From: Camelus ferus
Taxonomy: Eukaryota
DNA: 64,000 nucleotides
Assembly: GCF_009834535.1 (NCBI RefSeq)
Contig: NC_045697.1
Span: 4,218,001-4,282,000 of the forward strand
Direction of reading: 5' to 3'
The notes beneath the pieces are model-generated. The model was not told the DNA's origin, did no database searches, and saw only the letters and a program-made list of their open reading frames with translations. Numbering within the stretch: the stretch's first letter is position 1; each line of letters starts with the position of its first letter. This document shows positions 36,728 to 49,802 of this stretch, in pieces. The position numbers were made by a program, and so were the translations under genes.

Positions 36728-39700
36728 GTAGGCTGTCGGACGCGGCGGAGTGAAGCCTGGAAGGGCCTGTGAGACGCGAACCAGTCGCTTCCCGAGCCTG
36801 AGCCTGAGCCAGGCTGCTTCCTTGCTGGGCTGGCCGCGGTCATTCCCCTGCCCTGCACCTCGGTTTCCTCCCCAGCAAAGCAGAGGTGATCATCTCTTCC
36901 GGAAGTTGTGTGAGGGTGAGGCGAGGTGACGCGTGTCCGTGAAGTCCTTTTCTGCTACACCCAAGGCTGGAGCGCGTATCTTCTAACCCCTGTTGTACAA
37001 AGAGGGAACTGAGGCCCAGTGACTCACCCAGAGCGGCTCAGCTGAGGGAGTGGCAGAGCCAGGAGAGCCTGAGAGCAGAGCTTTGTGTGTTCCAAGTGCT
37101 TTGCTGAGGGGCAGAGGGATGGCTGGAACTTGGGATTCTTGCAGCCTTTACAAAGGCTCAGCTGCAAAGATTGCTGTTGATTTGAGAGACAGGTCAGAAA
37201 GCAGAGCCGAGCGAAGGCCAGCTTCTGCCCCCAGCACGATTCAAAGCAAAAGGACTCACCTTTCTTCCAGCAGAGAGGCTGTGAGACATGAGAGCTCTGG
37301 AGTCACAGGACCTGGGTTTAAATCCTGCCCCTGCCGCTTCCTGGTGGTGTGGCCCTGGGCAGGGCTCCCAGCCTCCACAAGCCTCTGATTCCTCCTCTGG
37401 AACAAGAATGAACACTTCCTGGCAAGCGAGGGTCTCCCAAGCATTCTGGCTATAAAAACCCATTGGTCCTCAGCAAAATCCTTTTAAGTGGGTGCGTGAT
37501 TATCATCCCCAATTTACAGATGAAGAAACCGAGAGCTCGATCCAACCCAGGGAAGTCTGCCCCAGAGTCTGCACCCCAGTCTCCTCCATAAAGTGGAAAT
37601 GAGGTCTCTGCCTCCCAGGGGAGCTGCAGGGATGGTTAGTGGCACCCTGGAAGCGCACTGAGGCCACCTTGTCTGTCCCTGGCTTCCAGAACCGTGCCTG
37701 GAACAGGGCAGGGTGGGGGGTGCTTTCAGCCCCCCACGTGTTTGCTGGAGGTGAGGACAGGCGGATGCATCCATTCAGCACACGCTTACTGAGCACCTGC
37801 TGTGCCCCTGGCCCTGGTCTAGGCACCGAGAGGCTACAGTGAATGCAGAGCCCAGGGCGGACCTGGTGTAAGCCCGGGACAGGCCCTGCTCAGAGAGGGG
37901 CCTCAGCCTCCCGTGAAGGAGCCTTAGGAGGCGACTGGTCTCTTCGGCTCCAGTTTCCACATTCCAGCCAATCTGAAAGGGCCGGGTTCACGTCAGGGAA
38001 AGCTGTTCCCCGGGTCTGTGCCTTAGCTGTGTGTGTGTGCTGTCCGCTTCGGGGGTGGTACTAGTGCCTCTCCAGGCTCCGGGACTGCTCACAGATCCAC
38101 CCACTGCCGGTCAGGTGGCCGTGGGCGTCTCCCTGCTCCATGCCTCAGTCTCCTCACCAGCAAACTGGAGACAACGGCTGGCTTTTTCTGCAACAGTTCA
38201 GCAGGCGCCCGCACTAAGCATCCAGCGAGTTGTCACACACATGAAGCGGTAATCAGTGGTGTTCCCAGAAGGAGGAGTAAGTGCTTAAACACATTGGTCC
38301 CTAAATGACTGGCAAATTGCACGAATAAATTCTGAGAACACATGGAAGCCAGTTAGCTTCGATGCTGAGTCACAAGGAGTGATGGTGCCCCCCGCTTCAC
38401 ACACCCCCACCTGGAGCCCCAAGAACGTTTATGAGGGTTTCATTTGCTGGGAGGGATGCAATTATCACCTCCTGATTGGCCTGGCGTTTGCGGCAGAGCC
38501 AGTGGCCCGTGAGACTCCCGTTATTTCCCTCTCAGGAGTCTGAGATTTTTCTCTGTATGTCACACACACATCCCAAGATGGCATTTAACTGTAAACTGAG
38601 GCTGGAGGGGAAGAAAATGAGAAAGAACATGGGAGCCTTGTCTTTTCCCCCATTTCACCCAAGCCTCCCCAACCCTGTGCAGTTTTCTACCTAATCTGTG
38701 CTGTGCTGTTCATGCTGGAGGCAGCTATTACATAGTGAAAACCTGCTCAGTGCCAGGCCCTGTGCTAGGTCTCTGGGGCCCAGAGCTGAGCAAGATCAGA
38801 CTGAGTGCCTACCCCCCCAAAGTCTACCCAGCCCCCCAAGGAAGTAGACATGAAGTCACTCCTACCCTGGAGGTCAGCACTGTGACAAAGGGACACACAA
38901 AGAGACTGTTCTCTACTTTGTCTGTTTGGCGAACTCCTATTCAGCCTTTAAAACCCTATCAGCCTTCACCCTGTAAAGCCTTTTCTACATGAGCCAGATG
39001 AATCCTTATCCTTCTCTGCCCACTCTAGCCTTTGTATCCCGTCCTTCTCTGTCCTTAGTGTCATGTGTCTGTCCTCCTGCCCTGCACCTTGACTAGACTG
39101 TGCCTCCCAGAAGAGCTGGTGGAGGGAAAGATTTATTCATGAAACCTCCAAACCTTCAGGGCAGGCTTCTCCTCCCTCTTCCTCTCCTCTCTCTGTTTAA
39201 TGGCTTTGAAGCATGGCCTGGAGTGGCAGTGAGTGGCTGGAGCACTGAGTGAACTATTCTGAGGCCACGGGGAAAACAGTGTTGCTGGAAGGAGAGGGAG
39301 GCAGCCTGAGATGCTGAGGCTTTGCTGGGCTTGGGACGCTCTCTGACCTCCAGGAGCAGGTGTGGTGAGAAGAAAGTCCAAGGATCCTTAGGGCAGGGGG
39401 TGGCTGCGCCCTGAGGGACAGGAAGGGACAGGAACTGCCTTAGACTGTCTCACACCTGGGGGCATGCGCTGGGCGGAGGGTCCCCTAGATGGGCCAGACA
39501 CACCAACACTGACTCCTGGGCACACAGTCTGGAAGCACAGAGACTCTACACAAGGACCACCCAGAGCCAGACAGGCATGCGCACCGATGCACACACGTGC
39601 ACGCACGGTCACACTCACCCACACTCGTGCATGCACACCGAGGCTCACACACTCACACGTGGTCACGCTCGGTGCCCCGGTACAGACAACCTCTGATAAG

Positions 39701-40219
39701 GTCTGCAGAGCTGCCTTTGTGCTTGCCCACCCCCCCCCCAGCAGCATCAAAGCCGTCACCTCCCATCTCAGCTGGCCCCCAGGGCACTCAAGACCAGCTC
39801 GTTCATCCCTTCACCTGAGGACCTCTCTGAGGACTCAGCCCTGGGCTGAGTACCAGAGATGCAGAGATGAACACGGAAAGACACGCCTCGCCCCCAACTG
39901 GTTCCCAGTCCACTGGGGAAACAAACCAAACAAACGACAACTCATGATGTGGACAGGGCTGTGATGAGGGACTTACAGGGCCAGGGAGCCCAGGGGAGCC
40001 CCGGGCCCAGCCTGAGAGTTGGGAGCGGGTGGGGGGAGGTCCCCTGGGAGAAGGAGGTTCTCTTAGATCCCACATCAGCCCGAGTCCAGCCCACACAGCC
40101 TGTTTCAATCTCTTCTCATACGCCACCTCCCGGTCGCCCTTTCAACCTGCTGCCCTGTTGCCCGGTCCCCTCGCCTGTTTTATTTTTCTCCTTAGCACCT
40201 ACCGCTGCCTGAAACCACA

Positions 40220-40220
<1 letters not shown>

Positions 40221-40264
<44 letters not shown>
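40221..40264 (+). repeat. (AC)22 perfect microsatellite
   Basis: Directly visible. Confidence 0.95.
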
Positions 40265-40266
<2 letters not shown>

Positions 40267-41244
40267 GTGTGTCAGTGTATTGCTCCTCTCCCACTCGAGA
40301 GCAAGCAGTAGGACCCCGTCGCCTGCCCCCACCCAGTCCCGATCGGACTCAGGCAGGTCTACCTGGTGATGGCTGCCTGGGGCACAGGAGCCCCGCAGCC
40401 ACCTGGCAGAGGGCTGGACTGCCTGTCACCAAAATCTGCCCTCCTTCCTCTCCAACCTCACTGCCTCTCTCCTTGGCACAGTTCCCATCGCCCCTGCACC
40501 ATCCCCACCCAGTGCCCACCCTGTGCCCACCCCAGACACTGTGTGGCAGTGTGAGCCCTGGCCCAGCCACCTGTAGTCCCCTCCCCTCTGTACCAAGTGT
40601 TATTCCAGGAGCACTTGACTGTGGGATCCTCACAGAAGGACCCTGAGCAGGCACCAGCATTAGCCAGTTACAGATAAGGAAACTGAGTCCCAGGGAGGTG
40701 AAGCCCCTGTGGAGGTGACACTAGCAAGTGGCAGGGCAGGACTGAAGCTGCGGTCAGGTGTCAGGCCTGCACCTTTGCACCGTGATACCTCGAGGGCATC
40801 ACACCTGGTTCTGGTTGGGGTCTGTCATTTCCTGACTCTGTGACTTAGGAAGTCAGGCTCGCCGTGGCATCCTGTCTTCTCATCGGTGACATGGGGGTGA
40901 CCTGCCCCCATTTCCTACCCTCAACTCTGGGCCAGGCTTGGGAGAGATCGATGAGGCCATGTCTGTCTGTCTGTACCTTAGAGGACCCCACAGTTTACTG
41001 GAACGAGGAGTCCTGCCCAGCACACCCCGCAGAGCCTGCCGAGAGCCCCGATGGAGATGTGTGTGGCGTGCTGGGGGTGAACAGGGCTGTGACACCCCTA
41101 CCAGGCAGGCTGCAGCTCTTTTAGGAGGAATTGAGGTTCACCAAGTGTCCCAGGGGGGTGAGTGTTCTGGGCAGGGGGCACGGACGGAAGCACAGTTGTG
41201 CTACCGGACGCTGTCTCCGGGGCTCTGCACACTAGCCCTCTGAG

Positions 41245-41652
41245 GTAGGAGTCGGACTAACCCCAGCAGCTGTAGGAAATGACCCCAGTGTTCCAGGCAG
41301 AGCGCACAGAAATGTAACCCTCACTGGCAGAACACGCCAGGTGGGCGTCCTGATGCACACACAGCTCTCCCGTGAGGGCACAGCCTCCTTCCACCCCGTG
41401 CCTCCGTCCCTGCAGCCTGGGTCCTCACCGTCCCACTGTGGACGGGGAAAGGGGCAGAGAAGGCACACCTGCCTCTTAACCACTTGGGCCTCCAAGTGCC
41501 AGGCCCCACTGTGCTCATGCCCCATCGGTCAGCTCAGTCATGTGGCCACACCCAGCTGCAAGGGCAGCTGGGAAATTCAGTCCCTGCCTGGGCAGCCACT
41601 TCCCCCAGATGAGGAGACACAAATGTTTGGTGGACAGTCTAACTCTGCCACA
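41245..41652 (-). mobile_element. Old MaLR LTR (MLT1J/K-like)
   Basis: agtcatgtggccacacccagctgcaagggcagctgggaaat...ctctgccaca. Confidence 0.55.
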
Positions 41653-41979
41653 GTATCTTCTTCCATTTTAGAAATGAGGAAATTGGGGCACAGAGGGGTT
41701 CAGCCACTTATCCAAAGTCACACAGCAGGCTCAGAACAAATCCCAGGAGGCCAAGCAAAGAAGGCAGGTTTTTCTGCAGGGTTGGTGGTGATGGACACAG
41801 TGTGTGGCACTGCTTATTTCCGACACATGTGGGACAGACGCCCACTGCCCTCCTGGTATCTTGTTCTGATCGCGCAGCCCTGGGTGTTTCTTACTGCAGC
41901 CGCCCTGCCAGTGGCCTGGCCCCCGCACTCCTCCCCCGTCACCTCTCACCCAGCTCTGACTACCTCTCCTGCTCTGCAG

Positions 41980-42157
41980 GTGCCCGTGCTGAAGCCCATG
42001 GACCTGATGGTGGAGGTGAGCCCACGGAGGGTCTTCGCCAATGGCCACACCTACCACATCAACTCCATCTCCGTCAACAGCGACTGCGAGACGTACATGT
42101 CCGCGGACGACCTGCGCATCAACCTCTGGCACCTGGCCATCACCGACCGGAGCTTCA
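41980..42157 (+). CDS. PPP2R2C: PPP2R2C coding exon 5, 178 nt, [59 protein letters not shown](N)
   Basis: Contains the B55 signature [26 protein letters not shown]. Acceptor ctcctgctctgcag; the donor is U12-type A|GTATCCTTT (phase 1). Confidence 0.97.
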
Positions 42158-44528
42158 GTATCCTTTCCTGCCACAGCCCCGCTGTCCGCTCTGCAGGCAG
42201 GGTGGCTCCCGGGTTGGGGCTCAGCTGGCCGGGTTGTAGGCCAGCTGGCCTGAGGGCTTCTGTGTTGTCTGACTTCTTCAGTGAGGTGCCTTCTGACTCA
42301 CGGTGTGTGAATGACTTGGAATCATGGTGAGTTTATTTATGAAAACTTTAAAACCGTGGCTGCTGAGCATTACATTTGACCCTTCGCCTCCTCCGGGGTG
42401 GCCATGATCCTGTCATCAGGGGCCCCCACCGGGGACTGGGGAGGAGACGGAGTCCTGGGTGAGCCCTCCCGGACAGGGGATGGCCGATGGCCCTGAGACA
42501 GTCCACTGAGGGCTTCTCTAGACCCTCGTCCCTGGGTCCGAGGCAGGTGCATCAGTGTTTGACAGACAGCTTTGGGGTCTCCCCCTGGGCTTAGAGAGAT
42601 AACTGGGGTGTCAGAAGCCCAGCTGGAGGGGGTCAAAGCGAAGGGCCCTGCTTGTGGCCCCCTGTTTCTGGACAAACTGGGACAATAGGATTATAGATTG
42701 ACTTCAGCCCCCACCGACTGGTGAGAAAGAACTGTTGATACATGAGCAAAGGCCTAGGGAGGGGTGGAGGCTTGGCCCCGCGGGGGCTGCAGTGGAGAGG
42801 GTCGGCAGGTTACCAAGGTGTCACTACCCTGCAGACTAGTAACAATAACAATGCACAGTGAGGCTCCACGCCTGATGTTACCGGGTGCTGGCGTGCACGC
42901 GCTTCATCCCCACAGCACCTGTGGGAGGCAGTACTGTCATGATTCTCTTTTACGATGAGGAAGCCGAGTCGCGGAGAGAGCCCCAGTTAACTTGCTCAAA
43001 GCTCATGCAGCCAGTGGCCCTCCAGTCCTGAGTCCCCATTTCCAATCTTCCCACCAAACTGCCCTTCGTGAAGGATGCCACCCAGACAGTGGTGGAAAGA
43101 GATGGGAGGACCCTGAGAGCTGTCCCCGAGCATCCACTCGGCGCTGGGTGCTTTCAGCCCTGGGCACCAGGAATTGAGGTCACACGGCTCCCAGCACAGG
43201 GGCCGTGCTGCTCTGCTGCTGCCTCACAGGTCAGGAGCCGACTGTGTCCCTTGGAGCAGAGGCCACATTGGTGGGGAGGGAGTAAGGAAAGGAGGAGGGA
43301 GCCGGTCTGGGGTGTTCAGAGAAGAGAAGGAATGACAAATTGCTGAAAGCCAGGAAATGGCTGGAGACCGGGGCAGGGAAACCTTGGAACTGGGAGGACA
43401 GGAGCTGGGAGGGACTGAGAGCAAGTACCGATGTTCCCTGAGTCCAGCCAGAGGGTGAGTGGCAAACACCTGGGTTTCAGGGACAGTGAGAGTGGCTGGG
43501 AGTCTGCCTTTGCCACCTTAAGCTCTGTGACCTTGGCAAGTCACTGCACTCCTCTGAGCCCTTGTCTCCTCACCAACCCCTCCCCCACAGGACCGCAGCA
43601 GGACCGCAGCCTGTGTTCAGTGAGTCCCTCTGAGATGCACCAACCCCAAGCCTTGCTTAGAGTGTAAAGAAACATTAGCATCTGTCTCCTTCCCCCTTCC
43701 CAGTGCTCAGTGCTGGCAGGGTGGATGTGGATTGGGGTGGTCAGGAACGTTCCAGGAGGAGCTGGGGCTGGATCTACTTCAAGGGATGGAAGCTCAGTCT
43801 GGCTGGATGGAGAGAGCTGGGCTGGGCATCTGCCGGGCTGTTCGTCCATCCAGGCTGAAATCCCAGCAGGTCCCACCCCTGCTTAGGCACCAGTTAGTCA
43901 AGGGTCAGAACACCTCCCTCCACCTGGCTCAGGCAAAGCACACACATTTACTGACTTATGAAAGCAAAAGAGCTGCAGATACAGGTGGATCCAGGGGCTC
44001 AGTGTCCTCGGTTGGCTCTCTCTGCTTCTTGCTTCCACTCTCTGCTCTGGCTTCAGCCTCCACATGGCAGTGAGTTGACACCAGCAGTTCAGGCCCCACC
44101 CTCCCAGAATAAAGTACTAGAGAAAGGAGACCAGCTCTCTCTGAACTGTCCCCACGAGCACCCCACAAGCTCTAATTGGGCCTCAGGGGCACCCCTGCAC
44201 CCATTACTGTGGGGGAGCAGTGTTCTGGTTGGTCAGGCCCTTCCCTGGTGCCGGAGGAGGTCCACTCCACCCCCCACTGAAGGTGCAAGGGGTGGTCTCA
44301 GGAGAAAAAGGCACAGCCCAGGAGCTGGGGGCCCTCATTGGGGGGGGGGGCACAGACAGGCGTTCTCTGCCGTGTCTGAGGCACTGACCGGCTTCCAGCA
44401 GAATACAGTGAGGAGTCACACAGGAGCCCCAGGGCTGCAAATGGGGCAGGTGTGGGACTCACTAGACGGCGGCTGGCCGGCCTCAGCTTCCCTCACAGCA
44501 CTCTACAGTTTGCAGAGCAGCTTCCCAT

Positions 44529-45024
44529 TGTCAACTGAAAAACAATGCACAACCTAGAAGTTGAGAATTACATTTTTTCAGCAGACTTCCTGAGGATTTC
44601 AAGCCCCAGGAAGCAGCTGCTAAGAGCGCTCTGAGGGGCTACTCCGAAGAGGTAAGGGAGGAGCCAGGATACGTAGGAGTTTTACAACAAAAACCAGGTA
44701 GTTAGAACATCAAAAGATTACTGTTAATTAAAGAAAACCAGGCATCTCAAGTTAATAAATTTAGCGCTTTTCTGTGTGTGGGAAGATGCAAGAGTCTGGG
44801 CTCTTTGGAACCGTTCCTTTGATGTGCGCCTCAGCTGTCCGGGGCCGGTGTCCTGTTCTTTCCCATCCTGAGTCCCCTGGGCTGAGGGCTTGGCCACGGG
44901 CAGTCTGTCTCCATCCTGAGCTCCCTCAGGGCTCGCCGTGGGGTGGGAAGCGGGCGACTGCAGTGGCTTGATGGCTGCGACATCCTTTGTTTACTGATGC
45001 GGCAGGCAACAGTTTTCATCCACA
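44529..45024. mobile_element. ERV1-like solo LTR inserted in a MIR
   Basis: TG...CA bounded 496-nt block of distinct composition with an internal direct repeat (ccatcctgag twice), flanked by two parts of a MIR. Family not certain. Confidence 0.65.
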
Positions 45025-45622
45025 CTGTTCACAGTCTCCCTTGGTGCTCCCAACGGCACGAAAGCAAAGCAGCAGTAATGGTACCATTACCCCATTTTGC
45101 AGATGAGGAAACGCAGGCTCAGGAGACGGGCGGGCCCGAGGTCCCTGGCAGCAGCAGAGCTGGGGCTCCTGTTCAGGCCTCTGAGGCCTGGCCCTGCCCT
45201 CGGGCTGCAGCCTTGGAACAGTGGCTACCACCACCCCGGAGCCCCAGTTTCCTTATCCTAGGACCAGGATGCAGACAGTAACCCCGGCCGATTTATCTCC
45301 CTGGGCTGTTTTGAGGATTCAGTGACACCGAGAATGCCGGGGCCCTTTAAAAACCACGGCCCTGCAGCTGTGTAAGGGGTTATGTTTCATTTCATTCAAC
45401 CATCAGTTCCCAGTGCCTCTTTTGTGTTCAGCCCTGGGGACACAGGGATGAATGAAAGAAACTCAGCTTCTTCCTTAAGGGCCTAAAGGGCCACCCGGGG
45501 ACACAGCCCTGACCGGGGTGGTGTCAGGGATGTGATCCTTGCTGTAACCCAGGTCTGCACACACTGTCTGGGCTACCAGGGAGGACTGAGCAGGAAGCAG
45601 GTTAGGACTTGCCCGGTGGTTT

Positions 45623-46153
45623 TGTTGCAGGAAAGTAGGGCTCAAGAGGATGGTCGTGTCCCAGGTCTCGGGTGAGTCAAGTGAGGGTCCTTGGCTTTGA
45701 GCAGGGAAGAATTCAGGAGCGAACGACAGTGAAGTGACAGCAGGTTTATCCAGGGAGACACGCACTCCACAGATGGGGTGCGGGCTGTCTCAGAGGGCCA
45801 GAGAGGCAGCCCCGAGGCGTGAGGTCGTTAGTTTCTATGGGCTGGGTGATTTCATAGGCTAACAAGTGGGAGGATTACTCCAACTATTTTAGGGAAGTGG
45901 CGGGGATTTTTAGGAATTGGGCCACTGCCCGCTTTTTGGTGTTTTATGGCCATCCTCGAACTGTCATGGCGCCTGTGGGGGGCCCACTTAGCAGCTAATG
46001 TATTACAATGAGCCTATGATGAAGCGCAAGGTCTCCTGGGAGTGGAATCTTCTGTCATCTTGGGCCTAGTTGTTCTAACCAGTATTTGTCCCATCCTCAA
46101 TGGCTATGTCATTCTTTTAATGGTTGTGCCCTGCCCCCTTCCCTCCTGTCTCA
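45623..46153 (-). mobile_element. ERV1-like solo LTR
   Basis: TG...CA bounded ~530 nt. The minus strand starts TGAGACAGGAGGGAAGGGGGCAGGGCACAACC; motif aactgtcatggcgcc. No clear TSD. Confidence 0.65.
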
Positions 46154-49100
46154 GGGCTGTGGGTGGACTGGATTCCAGAAGACAAGTCTGGAAGCCAGGA
46201 GACCGAGTAGATCCAGGGAGAGATGGAGATGGGTAAGGCGGAGTATAGCCATGGGCAAGAGGCTGAGAGGTAGATTGACAGTTAAAACATAGACTTTGTA
46301 GATAGATATGGGGCTATACCATAGCTGTCTTTTGGACATGGGTGGCCACAGGACATTGGAACAGGTTAGCTGTGAATAAGAAAAGAGGACTGATCCATCC
46401 CAGGACTATAGGCAGTCCTGCCCAGTCATTACTGTAGCTTCTCCTTCTGGCCCCATCTTAAACACACAGAGTGTGCCCTGTCCAACGGTGTGCTTGAGAG
46501 CACACCATTCACCAGTAGATTTATTGAGCACCTGCTGTGTGCCGGGCCCTGTGCCCAGTGCTTGAATTAGATAGACAAAGACCCATGCCCTCCTGGAACG
46601 GACATATAATGTAATGATGATAAACCATTAATATAGTAAACAAGTAAAATGTCCAGCGTGTGAGCAGGTGATACGTGCTGCGGGGAATGCGTGGGACCAG
46701 TGAGCATGCTGGGCTGAGTTTTTCTCCAGCCACGATTCGCCAACCGGCTGCAGGTGCAGAGCGGGTGGAAAGGGAGCCAGGGTGGTGGGTTGGCCCAGTG
46801 AAGGTGCAGACTTCTGGTCGGCTAGTGGCGTATGCAAGGGAGTGAAAACAATGGTTGGCCCCAGAATCTAAGCCAGGCAGGGAGGTGAGGGCTAGTGACA
46901 AGAGGGAGCATCAGTGGATGAGGAGGTCCCTGTGGGAACCCAGAGGGGCTTCCCTGGTTGCAGATCTTGCCACGTATTCTGTTAAACCCTGTGTGTAGCC
47001 TCTAATTTTGTGGAAGGGAATTGGTAGTTGATCAAAATATACAACATCTTGGCCCTTAGAGACAGGTGAGGTGTGCCTTACAAAATACTGGAGACGCGGG
47101 GGCCAGGCTCAAGGCAGCCCTGCCTGTAGAACCCAAGTAGCACTTAGGCAGGCAGGAGGAGCTGAGTGGCATCTCCAGGGTGTGTGGGGCCCTGGAAACC
47201 TCCCCCAATTAGATGAGTTCATCAGGGAACGTGCTGCCTGAGGCGCTCCCCACGGCCTGCTGCTGCTTGGCCACCAGAGTGACAAGACACTGGGGCCCAG
47301 AGCAGAGAGACCTGGCGCTGTCCCACACGTCCAGCCTCCTCTGGCCGGGAAGGTGTCGGCACTGAGTTGCAGGTGCAATGATGGGTCTGATAGCAGCTGA
47401 GTAATTAGAAAAGGCGTTTCATTTCCAACGTGGGAGGAGGCCAGAGAGGCGGCTGTGACCCCACGCCGAGCTGGGGAATTGCTTTGAATTTGGAAACACC
47501 TTTTGAGCAAGGACCTCCCGGGGGATTCTGGACCTGGGGGCTCACATTCCTTTAACTCTTGCTCTTCGGTATCTTGATTTGTCCTGATGCTGCTGTTCAG
47601 TCCTCAAAGCCACTGAGAGTGTATTGCTGTGTTACCATCTCGTGTCCAACTAGTAACACTTTCTACTTAAGCAAAATTGATCTTTAGCAAAAGTTTTAAA
47701 GGAAAGAAAAACTTTTTAATAAAGAAGAAAAACAAGCATTGCTTTGACCAGTAAGAACAGTAACAAAGCTGACTCCGAGGGCCGTTCCTCTTCTAGTTCC
47801 AGAACTGGCTGCTCTGAACAGAGGGAGGGGAGCCTGGCACTTCCTGAGCCCCTGCACTGTGCCGGGCACATACACTATGCTGGGCTTGCATCCACCACCA
47901 GGGTTCCCAGCCTCCTTCCTTCCCCTCCTTCACCCACAAAATGCAAAGAGGTGCCAAGCCCTTTCCATTCTCCCCCTGTTGGCCCTGGAATCATGCCCTC
48001 CCCTCCTCCTCATCAAAGGCCCAGCTCAGGTCGCCCCTTACTTGCCAGGACTGTTGTCTGCATCCCACCTTGTCCAGCCAGCTGGCCCCCCACTGGGCTG
48101 CTAGAGAGGCTCAGTGGAGCTCTGGTCTGACCACACCAGTCCCCTGTGTGAAGTTCTCAGTGGGTCCCCGTCAGCTTCTGGAGAACGTCTGAATCCCCAG
48201 CAGTGCCCTGCAGCTCTTGGTGACCGGCCCACCTCCCCGGGGTCCTGTGCATCAGATTTGCCCACACCTTCAGGCTGTTGGGTTTTCCTTCATGTTACCA
48301 GGGGTGGGAGCAGTGCTCTGCCTTCCGCTGACCCTTCTCCAGACCATCCTCTCTCCCTCTTGTAGGCTGGCTGGCTTCTGTTTGCCCACAAGCATCCCTC
48401 ACAGCCCCCTTGGCCCGGTCACCCCGGCTCTGTCCACTCTGCGCTCCTCCCAGTCTGCTCGAGCCCCTCTGGGCCCACACTCCCTGGTCACACTGGGCTC
48501 TTGTCATCTGTTAGTGTGACCACCTCCAGCCCGCATTTTCTGGTGAAATCCTGGAGATTAGGACCCCCATCTGAGCTCTCTGTGTCCCCACACATGATGG
48601 AGGCCTGGTGCATCGTAGGTGGTTATGAATGGTTGTAGATGGCGACTTTGGAGGGAGGAAGTTCACGTTTCCATCTGCTCTTTGGATACAGATGCCTCCT
48701 TGTAAATCTAGGCTGCAGGGTGGGGGCTCCAAGACCCCTGACGCTACAGAGAAGCCATCTGGGCTCTGGCGTCGGGCAGAATTGTGCCCAGATTCATTGC
48801 TTTACCTCCTTTGTCGTCAATTTGCATGATTGTAAAATGGGCCAAATTCCTTATCATACGGATATTTGTAAGGAATGAAGGAATCATTCGCATACAGGGG
48901 TTGTCAGTTGGCCAGTATTATTTTCCCTCTTAGACGACAGCCCCTCAAATACTGAAGGCTGTTTTTCATGAAATCCCTGCGTTTTCTCTGATCTTTGAAG
49001 CCCTTTTTCCCCAGTGCCATCTCCATATCTGTTTAAACAACCTCTCACGCTCTTTAATACCAACATTTTGAGACTGTTAGGCAGTGCTGGGAGGTTTTTC

Positions 49101-49781
49101 TTGAGTTTGAAGCATCTTAAAGGTAACAGATTGCACAGGAGGCCTCAGCTGATGGACCTCTGCTTTATTTTTAGCACCCGGAGAATTGTAAAGATAGTTC
49201 AATTGATTTTTCTCCCTCTGAGCGATTTCTCAGGGTGGAAGCTGGCATCACACCAAGCCTCCGTCTGGAACAAATATCTAATTCTCATTTACGTAGCAGG
49301 TGCTGAAGCTCGGCAGGATGGTGAAGCAGCTCCAAACCTTGGTCAGCACTGCTGGGCTTGTTCTCCACACAGAGAGCCACGGAGGGGACTGATCCAGGCT
49401 CTGTGCTGAGCAAAACCCTAGAGCCTGAGGGCCAGCCCTGCCTCTGAGAGTCACTCAGGCTTTCTGAGCCTCGCTTTTCTCATTCATGCAGTGGGGGGTA
49501 CCTCCTGCGCTGGGAGTTGTGGGGGCAGAACGGCCAGTGAGAACAGGGCCCGATGCACTGTAGACACGACCCACTCCAGCCTGTGACCACTGTCAGGCAT
49601 CATACAGGTTGACTCTTTTCATCCTCCCACGGAGAGGAAAAATGGAGTGCATCTGCTCAGAAGTGCTCCAAGTCCGAATCCCCAAAATCATGTGGCTAAA
49701 CCATCACCAACGCCACTGCTTTGAGGGCTCAGCATGGTGGGGAAGTTGGTGGGTCAGCCTCCACCACCTCCGAGGGCTCCG

Positions 49782-49802
49782 TGTGCTGTCCGTGGTGCTG
49801 AC
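49782..49802 (-). promoter_or_regulatory. RE1/NRSE (REST/NRSF binding site)
   Basis: The minus strand reads GTCAGCACCACGGACAGCACA versus consensus TTCAGCACCACGGACAGCGCC: 18/21 matches with a 17-nt perfect core and canonical spacing. Confidence 0.85.

Noticed and set aside
41341..42330. 329-aa ORF as a stand-alone gene
   Set aside because: Only 41980-42157 is coding (PPP2R2C exon 5). The rest is LTR/MIR-derived and intronic read-through.
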